Shown: piece after piece, positions 8,796-16,069 of the stretch
Position numbering within the stretch: position 1 is the first letter of the stretch
Layout: each line of letters starts with the position of its first letter
IMG/VR virus record: IMGVR_UViG_2974624810_000001
Span: 1-64,000 of that record
From: a virus
Taxonomy: Duplodnaviria > Caudoviricetes
DNA: 64,000 bases
Strand: one strand, 5' to 3'
Notes under the pieces: generated by a model
Told to the model about the DNA's origin: nothing
What the model saw: the letters and a program-made list of their open reading frames with translations, nothing else
Databases searched by the model: none
Position numbers and translations under genes: made by a program

Positions 8796-8928
8796 GATGC
8801 CTCCTCGTTTTCGGTAAGACCAGTCTACAGGACGAATTTTTGAGTCGCAACCCCTCAGACCGATTTTTTAGTCAGAATCCCAAATGCCCGATTTTTAGTC
8901 CGGGCCGGACGCCCGAAGGCGTCCCCCA

Positions 8929-9243
8929 TCACTCCCAGGGCTTCCAGTCAGACCAGTCCGCACCCTCACGGCTTTCGATGAGGATTTCCACCGTGTCACC
9001 CAGATGGTGATTCACGCTGTACAGCGACCGGTAGGGGTGAGACTGGTACTTGCGCTGAGTCTTGGCCCATGCTACCAGCTTCTCAGCCTGCTTACGCGAA
9101 CGACAGGGCCACGCCTCCACACAGACAGCGTAGTTGTACCACCAGTCACCCTCCTCCGCACCACCATAGGCACGGTCCAGCTCATAGATGTTGACCCAGT
9201 GCTTGTTCCGACGACGCTGACCCATACGCAGACCCTTGGCCAT
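8929..9243 (-). CDS. hypothetical phage protein (YGGAEEGDWWY motif)
   Basis: ORF with AAGGAGG RBS. Confidence 0.75.
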   Translation of the reverse strand: MAKGLRMGQRRRNKHWVNIYELDRAYGGAEEGDWWYNYAVCVEAWPCRSRKQAEKLVAWAKTQRKYQSHPYRSLYSVNHHLGDTVEILIESREGADWSDWKPWE

Positions 9244-9345
9244 TTCCGCCTCCTTGTCGATGACCTAAGTCTAACAGAAGCCTAGGACAGATTCAACATG
9301 TCTAACAGGATTGGCAGTCATGTCCGCCCCGGACAAAAATTCAGA

Positions 9346-9414
9346 CAGAAATTCACCCCTATTTTCTAAGGAAATCTAGGCGAAAATCCTTGAAAATAGG
9401 GGTGAATTTTTTCT
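9346..9414. repeat. long AT-rich inverted repeat
   Basis: 18-bp perfect arms 9349-9366 / 9392-9409, plus inner AAGGA/TCCTT. Confidence 0.85.
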
Positions 9415-9432
9415 GCAATTGTTTTTCGAAGG

Positions 9433-9645
9433 TCAGAAGGGCACGATTTCGTTGTTTCCATCGCCACAAAGGCAATGTTTCGAGTGTCGAGCCCCAATCG
9501 GGGTCATTCCGGACTTTTCGAACCGAACAATCATGTCCGGGAACTGAGAAGTCGAAATCACGCCCGATTCGGTACGCAGACCGGCCCTTTCCAGAATCAA
9601 AGAGCCGGAATGCGTGAATCTAGGGGCTTTCTTCCTACGAAGCAT
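9433..9645 (-). CDS. hypothetical protein
   Basis: ORF with AAGGGG RBS. Confidence 0.55.
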   Translation of the reverse strand: MLRRKKAPRFTHSGSLILERAGLRTESGVISTSQFPDMIVRFEKSGMTPIGARHSKHCLCGDGNNEIVPF

Positions 9646-9660
9646 TTTTGCCCCTTTTGG

Positions 9661-9804
9661 TTACGCCAGTTCGGCCATGTGCGGGTAGGCGTCCCAGTCG
9701 AAGCCGTCCACACGGTCCGCATCCTGCACGTCACTCACAGGGAGGGACATGGTGGTGAAGACACCCGCATCACGGGCCTGCTCAAGAAGGTCACGAAGGT
9801 CCAT
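9661..9804 (-). CDS. hypothetical protein (47 aa)
   Basis: ATG at 9804 with GAGG RBS, promoter at 9837. Confidence 0.65.
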   Translation of the reverse strand: MDLRDLLEQARDAGVFTTMSLPVSDVQDADRVDGFDWDAYPHMAELA

Positions 9805-9949
9805 GGTGTGTACTTCCTCTCGCTTGGTGTAGTACCAGTCTACACAGGTAGGGGTGTGGATGCAAGTACCCAAAATCGTGGGAATTTTTAGGGGCGCTTC
9901 GTACACGCGCGGGGGAAATGTGGGGAATCTACGTAATGCCCCGTAAAAG

Positions 9950-10075
9950 GGCCTATATTCCCTATGTACCATATGTCCGTTTTGGCAGGGTTGGGTATGG
10001 TATGTACTACTATGCCCTATATGTACCCCTATGTATGGGTATGTACCCAATGTCCGTTTTGCCCCATATGCCCGA
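9950..10075. repeat. TATGY-rich short tandem-like repeat tract
   Basis: Repeated TATGTAC/TATGCCC/ATGTCCG units. ATGTCCGTTTT occurs twice. Confidence 0.7.
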
Positions 10076-10192
10076 TGTCCGCCCCGGACAGACTTTACCT
10101 AAACGTTACCTAGATTCTTGCCTGATTAGGGTTGTATCCGGGCCGGGCATGGGTAGGATGTAGGCATAGCCACTACAGACCAGGGAGACACG

Positions 10193-10630
10193 ATGAACGC
10201 CACCACCACCCACCAGTGCCGCTACCAGAACGAGACTGCCGTTAGTTCCCGCATCCGTAGGCAGATTCTCTCTACTGTTCTCTACCTTGCTAGCCTTACG
10301 GGCCACAGTGACGGGGTCACGTGGGCTACGTGCGTAGGGTGTGGGGAGCGTGCACACGTGGGGGGTACGCCTAGGGCTATGGACACGTTCAACCTGGGAC
10401 ACGTGCTGGCAGATGCTGAGGGTGGCATGTACTGCCCTTGCAACTTGCTTCCCCTGTGCAGGCAGTGCAACGCTGACATGGGTAAGGAAACCCTTACTGA
10501 CGTACTCATTCCGGTTTACGACAATCGCGAATGCTGGAACGGTAAGTTCATGGCCGACCCTGGCACCGTGGCTGCCAAGCCTGAGAGCAACCGGGGACGT
10601 GCCCGCTGGAACGTCCCTGTGAGCGCCTGA
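10193..10630 (+). CDS. HNH endonuclease
   Basis: CVGC...GHVLADAEGG....NLLPLCRQCN. Confidence 0.8.
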   Translation: MNATTTHQCRYQNETAVSSRIRRQILSTVLYLASLTGHSDGVTWATCVGCGERAHVGGTPRAMDTFNLGHVLADAEGGMYCPCNLLPLCRQCNADMGKETLTDVLIPVYDNRECWNGKFMADPGTVAAKPESNRGRARWNVPVSA

Positions 10631-10644
10631 GAGCCTTTGAGAGT

Positions 10645-10672
10645 GCCCCCTAGGGTAGTTGTCCTAGGGGGC
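10645..10672 (+). terminator. hairpin after HNH
   Basis: GCCCCCTAGG...CCTAGGGGGC. Confidence 0.6.
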
Positions 10673-10860
10673 TAACTCATGCCCGTAGACGGGCGTACAG
10701 AGCTTTTGACAATGCTTTTCAGATGGCCTGCCTGCCCTCGTGGAACCTTCCCCGGAGAGTTTGTCAAGGGTTATGGGCGCACTATCCAAATTGTTACAAA
10801 GCTATGCGGAGCATGTATCATACATCACCAAAAATTACTAACATTTGGTGTACTTTTATG

Positions 10861-11103
10861 TTACTCGTTAGTAATGTCAGCTTCGCTGACTGCTTCATCG
10901 CTCATATCGAATGACGGAGCAGGTCCGAATATTTTGCCCATTGCGTGTCCCTGATAGATTACGTCTGCTTCGCTTGGATTTACTCCTCTTGCAATGCAGG
11001 TAAGCATATCGTATATACGCATAAGCAGTATTGTATGTACTACTATGGAGGTGTCTTCATCGAAAACACCGGCCGTTTCTTCATTCTCTGTCTTGTCAGT
11101 CAT
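10861..11103 (-). CDS. hypothetical protein
   Basis: ORF with RBS. Confidence 0.65.
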   Translation of the reverse strand: MTDKTENEETAGVFDEDTSIVVHTILLMRIYDMLTCIARGVNPSEADVIYQGHAMGKIFGPAPSFDMSDEAVSEADITNE

Positions 11104-11246
11104 CTTCGTCCACCTCTATGACGAATGTATGTCCTTCTTCTTCGTCAAAGCAGTCTGTGTATACATCTCGTACCGGGCCGATTATCTCGCTTGTGCCGAT
11201 TTGTACAAGGTAATCAGGATGCTTTGAGAGAATTTCAATAAGTTCC

Positions 11247-11942
11247 TTAGCTCTCATTGATGTCTCCGAAGGGACGCAATGCTACTGGGAATAGAGGCAC
11301 AGAAAGGTCTCGAACGGCCTCTGCGTATTGCTGTATTTCCAGTTGGGCTCTGTGCTCCAGTCTTTCATTAAGGAAATGAATTACTGCTGCCAGGCTTGTT
11401 GTCCAACGCCATCTTACATACATACCGTATGCTGGGAGGAATAGTCTCGCTTGTTCCGGCGCTAGATTGCTGTCCAATGCGAGATTGTACAGGTCTTCAC
11501 CTCTTGCAAGGAAGTCCTTCAGCATTTCTGTGTATTGCATGCTTGTAGCAGGGTCAGCATTTTCTCCACTGCCTTGCTTCTTGTTTTCCGGGGCCAATCT
11601 CCATTCCGTTGGAATGTGATATACGGGGTCCTCGGTTACATATCGTCTTGAAGACTCATTCCAGCCTATTTGGTCGTCAAGATGGGTACTTGCAACAGTG
11701 TACTTCCACCACTGCCGGGCCACAAATAGTGGCGCATAAATCTCAAATGTCAATGCAGCATGACGAAAAGGAGAGTATTCCTTGTTTCTGACTAGGAAAT
11801 TAATCAGTCTCTCATCCTTGTCAGAGAACTCGGCACTCTCCTTTGCGTAACTTACTCGTGCTGCGTTGACAACTGATAGGTCTGAACCCATATGGTCGAC
11901 GTATCGAACATATCCTTCGTCCAGAACATCAATCTTTGTCAA
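11247..11942 (-). CDS. thyX: FAD-dependent thymidylate synthase
   Basis: VNAARVSY, SPFRH, APLFVARQW, NESSRRY, PEQARLFLP and AQLEIQ. Confidence 0.95.
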   Translation of the reverse strand: MTKIDVLDEGYVRYVDHMGSDLSVVNAARVSYAKESAEFSDKDERLINFLVRNKEYSPFRHAALTFEIYAPLFVARQWWKYTVASTHLDDQIGWNESSRRYVTEDPVYHIPTEWRLAPENKKQGSGENADPATSMQYTEMLKDFLARGEDLYNLALDSNLAPEQARLFLPAYGMYVRWRWTTSLAAVIHFLNERLEHRAQLEIQQYAEAVRDLSVPLFPVALRPFGDINES

Positions 11943-12124
11943 CTGTCGTCTCCGTTCAATATAGCGCCTTCTATATGGCGCGTCAGTCGCCTCTTTTGCC
12001 GGGCCTTTTCTTCTGGGCTCATGGCGGTATCTCTGGTATCCAGAATATCAGAGACGACTTCAACGAGCAACCTCTTCAACTCGTTGAGGTTAATCAGTTC
12101 TGGATTAGTCATTCTTCTAGCCAT
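11939..12124 (-). CDS. hypothetical protein
   Basis: ORF overlapping its neighbours in an operon. Confidence 0.6.
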   Translation of the reverse strand: MARRMTNPELINLNELKRLLVEVVSDILDTRDTAMSPEEKARQKRRLTRHIEGAILNGDDS

Positions 12125-12345
12125 TCCTGGCCATTGAATGCATCAATCCACTCATTTGCAGGCAGGTCTGATGGTACCAATTCCACTTTGAAAGTGTGGA
12201 TTTCACCACTTCTGATATCCAGGACCGCAAAATGGTTACCCACATAGGTAATCTCATGCGTTCCCTCGTAGTGATTTCTGTTATTGCAGACATCTTCAAG
12301 CAGAAAGAGATTCAGAATTTGCTCTGCGCCTTCTCTTGTCGTCAT
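12109..12345 (-). CDS. hypothetical protein
   Basis: ORF with 4-bp overlap to Nudix. Confidence 0.65.
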   Translation of the reverse strand: MTTREGAEQILNLFLLEDVCNNRNHYEGTHEITYVGNHFAVLDIRSGEIHTFKVELVPSDLPANEWIDAFNGQEWLEE

Positions 12346-12890
12346 ACATCTGCCTTACATACATGGCAAGGGTAATTTTCGCCATCTGCATGCGACCGGG
12401 GGCATTCGCCTTCATTCCGGACTCCTGAAGGAGTCAGAGTTCCTGGCTCTAGTTGAGGGTCACCATAAGTATCCTTCCAGTACATAGGGCCACCATTCCA
12501 GGCTTCAATGTACTCCTTGACCGAAGGGAAAAGGTTTGAAGGCAGGTCATACATGTTGAACCAATGCCATCCAAAGCACTTGTCTGGCTCCATGATAAAT
12601 GGAATTCCTTCTTCGTACTGGCAGCTTACGCCAATATCCAGGAAGTGCCTACCCTTGAATCCTCGTAGGTCTCCTACACAAAGAAGGTTCCATTCAGACA
12701 CCTTCAGTTCCGGGCCACATTCTTCAATGAGTTCTCGCTGAGCGCCATGAAAAAGCGATTCGCCAAACTCCTGCTTACCGCCCGGAAATGCCCACATACC
12801 TTCACCATGAGCACCCTTACGCCTACCGAGAAGAATGTCTCCACCTTCTCGGTATACAAGAATACCGATTCCTACACGAACAACGTCCAT
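12342..12890 (-). CDS. Nudix hydrolase
   Basis: Nudix box PGGKQEFGESLFHGAQRELIEECG, plus EPDKC..W.WF. Confidence 0.9.
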   Translation of the reverse strand: MDVVRVGIGILVYREGGDILLGRRKGAHGEGMWAFPGGKQEFGESLFHGAQRELIEECGPELKVSEWNLLCVGDLRGFKGRHFLDIGVSCQYEEGIPFIMEPDKCFGWHWFNMYDLPSNLFPSVKEYIEAWNGGPMYWKDTYGDPQLEPGTLTPSGVRNEGECPRSHADGENYPCHVCKADV

Positions 12891-13051
12891 CAGTTCTCCA
12901 GATTCTCAATTTCGCCATCGAGCCGGACAATTTCGCGCTTGCAGCGCTGCATACCGATTCTATCACCAGCAGCCTTGGCTCTGTCGTAGCCACGAGCAGC
13001 ATTACGACGCTTCTCACGCAATGAATTAAGAGCCTTACTTACGTCGCTCAT
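12890..13051 (-). CDS. hypothetical protein (53 aa)
   Basis: Manual translation MSDVSKALNS...ENLEN*, TGATG-coupled to Nudix. Confidence 0.6.
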   Translation of the reverse strand: MSDVSKALNSLREKRRNAARGYDRAKAAGDRIGMQRCKREIVRLDGEIENLEN

Positions 13052-13190
13052 GCGAAACTACCCATTCCTGTAGAGCGTATATTTCAGTTGCTATTTGCTT
13101 GCCTCGCGGAGTTCCCCGATGCTTCAAGTACTCTTCCTTGAGCTTACCGAGTCTCTTTTCCGCTTCGTTCATGTTCTTTGGAGTGCTCAT
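13035..13190 (-). CDS. hypothetical protein (51 aa)
   Basis: Manual translation MSTPKNMNEAEK...HERRK*. Confidence 0.55.
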   Translation of the reverse strand: MSTPKNMNEAEKRLGKLKEEYLKHRGTPRGKQIATEIYALQEWVVSHERRK

Positions 13191-13507
13191 ACGTTATTCC
13201 TATCCAAGACACCGTGAACACAATCGGCATCTATATCGTCGTAGTTTGACAGCAATCGCAACTCTGAGACTGCTTCCTTGTACCGGCGATTTTCTGTCAG
13301 ATAGTTGTCAGCATCGTTGGCCCACCGGTAGGCATCTTTGCGAAGTGCTAGGAACTTATCACGAGGAATCTCTTCATTGGGCAAGATATCAAATTCAACC
13401 CATACTGAGTACTCCTCCTCTGTCATTCCTAGAAACTCGTGGAGTGACATTTTTGTGTCACTGTCATGCCACTTGTCCACGAGGTCTTCTAGTTGTCCTC
13501 TGTTCAT
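13187..13507 (-). CDS. hypothetical protein
   Basis: ORF with LHEFLGMTEEEY motif. Confidence 0.7.
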   Translation of the reverse strand: MNRGQLEDLVDKWHDSDTKMSLHEFLGMTEEEYSVWVEFDILPNEEIPRDKFLALRKDAYRWANDADNYLTENRRYKEAVSELRLLSNYDDIDADCVHGVLDRNNV

Positions 13508-13900
13508 GTCCTCAGTTTGTCACGCGCCGGGGACATTGTCAAGACGTGACACTGCCTTGTTCACCGTATTCACTGGGACATCTGTCCCCTTGATGTCACA
13601 AATTTGCTTATGAAGTTCTGTCCTGTCCGTGACACCCTTGGCCCATAGGTCTCTGACCAGTGCGGACACTGATTTGTCCTTGCTTATGTCACTTGTCCTG
13701 GTGACACTTTTTGTCACCTTCTTAGTGACATTGTCCGTGACAGGGACATCAGGTGTGGTGACAGCAAATTCTTTTGTCACTTTGTCCTGGGACATGTCCC
13801 GTGACATGTCATTTGGCTTGTCACGCTTGTCCTTCTTGGTTGTCACCTTGTCACGTGGTTTTGTCCTCTGAAGAGGTTCATTCGTGACACTCGTGACAAC
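13441..13900. repeat. dense TGTC(A/C) / (T/G)GACA motif array
   Basis: About 40 hand-counted TGTC/GACA in 460 bp, against about 4 expected. They occur on both strands and in several frames. Confidence 0.85.
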
Positions 13901-14422
13901 CTCATTCAGCCTGAAGAATACCACGTCCTTGAAGCCACGGAAAGTCTTGCCTGGGAAGATAAGCCAGCTAATCTTGCCAAACACTGGCATACGCTTGGGA
14001 ACGAGTCCATTTGCTCGCATCTCTGTCCTGTGGACGAAACGCAAATAAAGCTCGAAAAGGATTCCGGCAATAACTGGTGGTGCCCCAAAAAGAACCATTC
14101 CAGGGACCCCGTAGGACAGCAGGATGGCGTGTTCTACGTTGAGGTATACAGACGCTCCAACAAACAGATACGTCGCTAGTTTTGTTGCTAGGCCAGAGTC
14201 TTCTGTTCTGGCGTACTTACTGGCAAGGTCGGCTACAAACAGTGCCGCACCATCAAATGCCGCGCTTACACCAATTGCCAGAATCTTGGGCACGCCATAG
14301 AACGTTATTGCGAGCGAATAGAGACTCCACCAACTCAGTGCCAGCGCGACAATGAGGACGATTCCGAATGACACTGAACCTCGCCAGTCAAGAATCTTCT
14401 TGACGTTTGGCGATTTCATCAT
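13520..14422 (-). CDS. DUF2637-like four-TM membrane protein with low-complexity linker and putative C-terminal HTH (Spd-like)
   Basis: Four hydrophobic segments. Motifs SW.SL..LA, FDG, SVYLNVEHA and APP.....FE. Helical C-terminal domain. Confidence 0.7.
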   Translation of the reverse strand: MMKSPNVKKILDWRGSVSFGIVLIVALALSWWSLYSLAITFYGVPKILAIGVSAAFDGAALFVADLASKYARTEDSGLATKLATYLFVGASVYLNVEHAILLSYGVPGMVLFGAPPVIAGILFELYLRFVHRTEMRANGLVPKRMPVFGKISWLIFPGKTFRGFKDVVFFRLNEVVTSVTNEPLQRTKPRDKVTTKKDKRDKPNDMSRDMSQDKVTKEFAVTTPDVPVTDNVTKKVTKSVTRTSDISKDKSVSALVRDLWAKGVTDRTELHKQICDIKGTDVPVNTVNKAVSRLDNVPGA

Positions 14423-14472
14423 TCTCCTTAGACAAAAGCGCAGGCGGCCCGTTTGGACCGCCTGCTATGAAA

Positions 14473-14874
14473 TTATTTTGCTGACTCGATAAGCATCCAG
14501 AGCCATTTGTCGACTCCTCGCTTCACTTCAATGAGAACATCTTGTGTAGCAAGGTCATCAGTAATGTTCAGTATAGCATTTTGAAGAACGTTGGTCAATC
14601 CCCTGAAGGAACTGACAAGACCTTCGATAGTCTGCAAGAAACTTATTGATTCCCCAGAGAATTCATAACTTACCTTGGGTGCAAGGTAGACACCAATTGC
14701 TCTGGCTCGCTCTGCGATGACATCAGCATATTCAGTTATATCGGAGTGAATCTCGTCAAGCTTCTCGTGTAGGTAGAAGAATTCCTTACCTCTGAGATTC
14801 CAATGACTCTCCTTGACGACCAAGGAGAGAATCAGAAGCCATTCCAGAGATTCCTCCAGCTTTGCTTCTAGCAC
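14473..14874 (-). CDS. dps: Dps/ferritin-like protein
   Basis: HWNLRGKEFFYLHEKLDE...DVIAER, TQDVL and DKWLWML. Confidence 0.85.
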   Translation of the reverse strand: MLEAKLEESLEWLLILSLVVKESHWNLRGKEFFYLHEKLDEIHSDITEYADVIAERARAIGVYLAPKVSYEFSGESISFLQTIEGLVSSFRGLTNVLQNAILNITDDLATQDVLIEVKRGVDKWLWMLIESAK

Positions 14875-15085
14875 GCTCCACCTCCTTAATCGCCGTTATC
14901 ACTTTGTGATGCATCTCTAGACCAGGAAGGATATATGAGTCACATACCGAACACCATAGTCTAAGGTCGGGAGATGCACCAGGCTTCAATCTCGTTATTA
15001 AATTATTGCCACAATCCGGGCATGCCAATGGCGGAACGTTTTGCTCCGCAACTAGTCTATTGTACGTATGGAAGTCTCTCCACAT
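14786..15085 (-). CDS. zinc-ribbon protein
   Basis: CPDC...CSVC. Confidence 0.6.
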   Translation of the reverse strand: MWRDFHTYNRLVAEQNVPPLACPDCGNNLITRLKPGASPDLRLWCSVCDSYILPGLEMHHKVITAIKEVERARSKAGGISGMASDSLLGRQGESLESQR

Positions 15086-15097
15086 GCACTAAGTGTA

Positions 15098-15301
15098 TCA
15101 CGCATTTCCGAGATTGTAGAGTACGCGTTGCAGTTCGCCCTTTGCTTCGTTTACAGCATTTCGGAGATTCGATACTTCAATCTCAAAGGCACTGTCGGCT
15201 TCTACAGCTTCTTGCTTGAGGTCTGCAATGACACCCTTGGCTTCTTCAACACCCCAGCCGCAGGCAATCATACATTCTAGGATTGCGGTTTCTGGATTCA
15301 C
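15098..15301 (-). CDS. hypothetical protein
   Basis: ORF. Confidence 0.6.
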   Translation of the reverse strand: MNPETAILECMIACGWGVEEAKGVIADLKQEAVEADSAFEIEVSNLRNAVNEAKGELQRVLYNLGNA

Positions 15302-15462
15302 TTGACACCATCCAGATACTTATGGCCTTTGCAAACCTTTACCTTCCGGCCGAAATGCGTGATATCGACCGCAGGCTTGTTAGGACATTGCTTCACGAAG
15401 CACCTGCCCTTTTCGTTCCGAGTGTTTTCTGACTTCTTGTCTCTTCCAAGGCTGTCAGGCAT
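15298..15462 (-). CDS. hypothetical protein (54 aa)
   Basis: Manual translation MPDSLGRDKK...YLDGVK* with GGGAG RBS. Confidence 0.55.
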   Translation of the reverse strand: MPDSLGRDKKSENTRNEKGRCFVKQCPNKPAVDITHFGRKVKVCKGHKYLDGVK

Positions 15463-15486
15463 TTTTACTCCCTATAAACGACAAAG

Positions 15487-15558
15487 AGCCCCGCCTCGGA
15501 ATCGAACCGAGTCTTCTTCTTTACGAGAGAAGTGTGCTACCAATATCACTAGCGGGGC
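15487..15558 (-). tRNA. tRNA-Thr(CGT)
   Basis: Acceptor GCCCCGC/GCGGGGC, anticodon arm CTTCT-CT CGT AA-AGAAG, T-loop GGTTCGATTCC. CCA is not encoded. Confidence 0.92.
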
Positions 15559-15568
15559 AGTGGTGAAA

Positions 15569-16042
15569 TCAGAGCTTCCACCAGGCTCGTCTACGGCGAC
15601 GACGGGATTTCTTTACCTTTACGATACTCAGTATACACAGAGCAACCGCAATAGTCAATACTGTGGATGATGCTCCAAAGTAGAACAGAACTCCAGTAAA
15701 ACCGAATAGTGCTATTCGTAGCTTCCACAAAGCAGAAATCATACTTGGTCGTCTTGGTGCCGGGCGTGTTGAGCCAGCGAATCTAGCTCCCTTTGATTGA
15801 TTGCATCTCAAATGAGCTAGAGCCACATTTCCCCAGACATGACCAGGAGACTGACTACGCCACGATAGTGGCACAATGTGGTCTAGAGACGCAGATTTGG
15901 GGTGTGGGTATTTCAGATTACGTCGTACCCTCTTGCCACACAGGTGACATTTCCAATTTGACTGCGCGTACACGACCGGCCTGGTAATGCTGGGGTCATA
16001 TGGAACGCCATACTCTATGCAACGCTCCTCATCAGTTTTCAT
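15569..16042 (-). CDS. HNH endonuclease with C-terminal transmembrane segments
   Basis: CHLC...SLDHIVPLS...GH...NVALAHLRCNQSKG, followed by two hydrophobic helices and an Arg-rich tail. Confidence 0.8.
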   Translation of the reverse strand: MKTDEERCIEYGVPYDPSITRPVVYAQSNWKCHLCGKRVRRNLKYPHPKSASLDHIVPLSWRSQSPGHVWGNVALAHLRCNQSKGARFAGSTRPAPRRPSMISALWKLRIALFGFTGVLFYFGASSTVLTIAVALCILSIVKVKKSRRRRRRAWWKL

Positions 16043-16069
16043 ACAAGAAGCGTAGCACATTTGTCAAGT

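Larger units (their letters stand above)
568..8924 (-). terminator. Family of GC-rich hairpins closing each cassette, mostly C(UUCG)G loops on the minus transcript
   Basis: UUCG-loop hairpins at 568-587, 2575-2594, 4301-4312, 5157-5168, 5821-5836, 7044-7059, 7565-7584, 8003-8014, 8444-8461 and 8907-8924. Others at 6363-6386 (UCCG), 1397-1429 (GAAA) and 3146-3170. Nearly all lie just after a stop codon and most lack a U-tract. Confidence 0.75.
877..9865 (-). promoter_or_regulatory. Family of early sigma70/HrdB-type promoters (TTGnnn or TAGACA - N17/18 - TAGACT/TAGAGT)
   Basis: -10 hexamers (AGTCTA/ACTCTA on +) at 1337, 2520, 3088, 4226, 5087, 5755, 6305, 6774, 6974, 7519, 7933, 8378, 8822, 9268 and 9837. 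Each has a TTG/TAG-starting -35 at 17-18 bp. Also TTGACA-N17-TAACAT at 905-877. Confidence 0.88.
765..10149. repeat. Dispersed 15-bp palindrome TGTCCG-N3-CGGACA, 16 copies (putative operator/activator site)
   Basis: Copies start at 765, 1381, 2562, 3131, 4291, 5142, 5799, 6348, 7029, 7550, 7988, 8431, 8897, 9321, 10076 and 10135. All are intergenic, with 0-2 mismatches. Confidence 0.93.
1..10700. other. Early/accessory cassette region, possibly the long direct terminal repeat
   Basis: Small leftward genes with their own promoters and visibly higher GC in coding parts than the rest of the window. Non-coding left end. Related Streptomyces phages carry Lsr2-containing terminal repeats of about 10-12 kb. 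The second copy is not in the window, so the repeat is unproven. Confidence 0.5.

Noticed and set aside
1380-8843. Long plus-strand ORFs (for example 1380-2489, 4265-5077, 6763-7932)
   Set aside because: They are antisense shadows of GC-rich minus-strand genes, which carry the RBSs, promoters and recognisable motifs.
765-10149. CRISPR array or integron attC array
   Set aside because: Repeats are 15 bp and separated by whole genes with their own promoters. No cas operon, integrase or GTTRRRY cores were seen.
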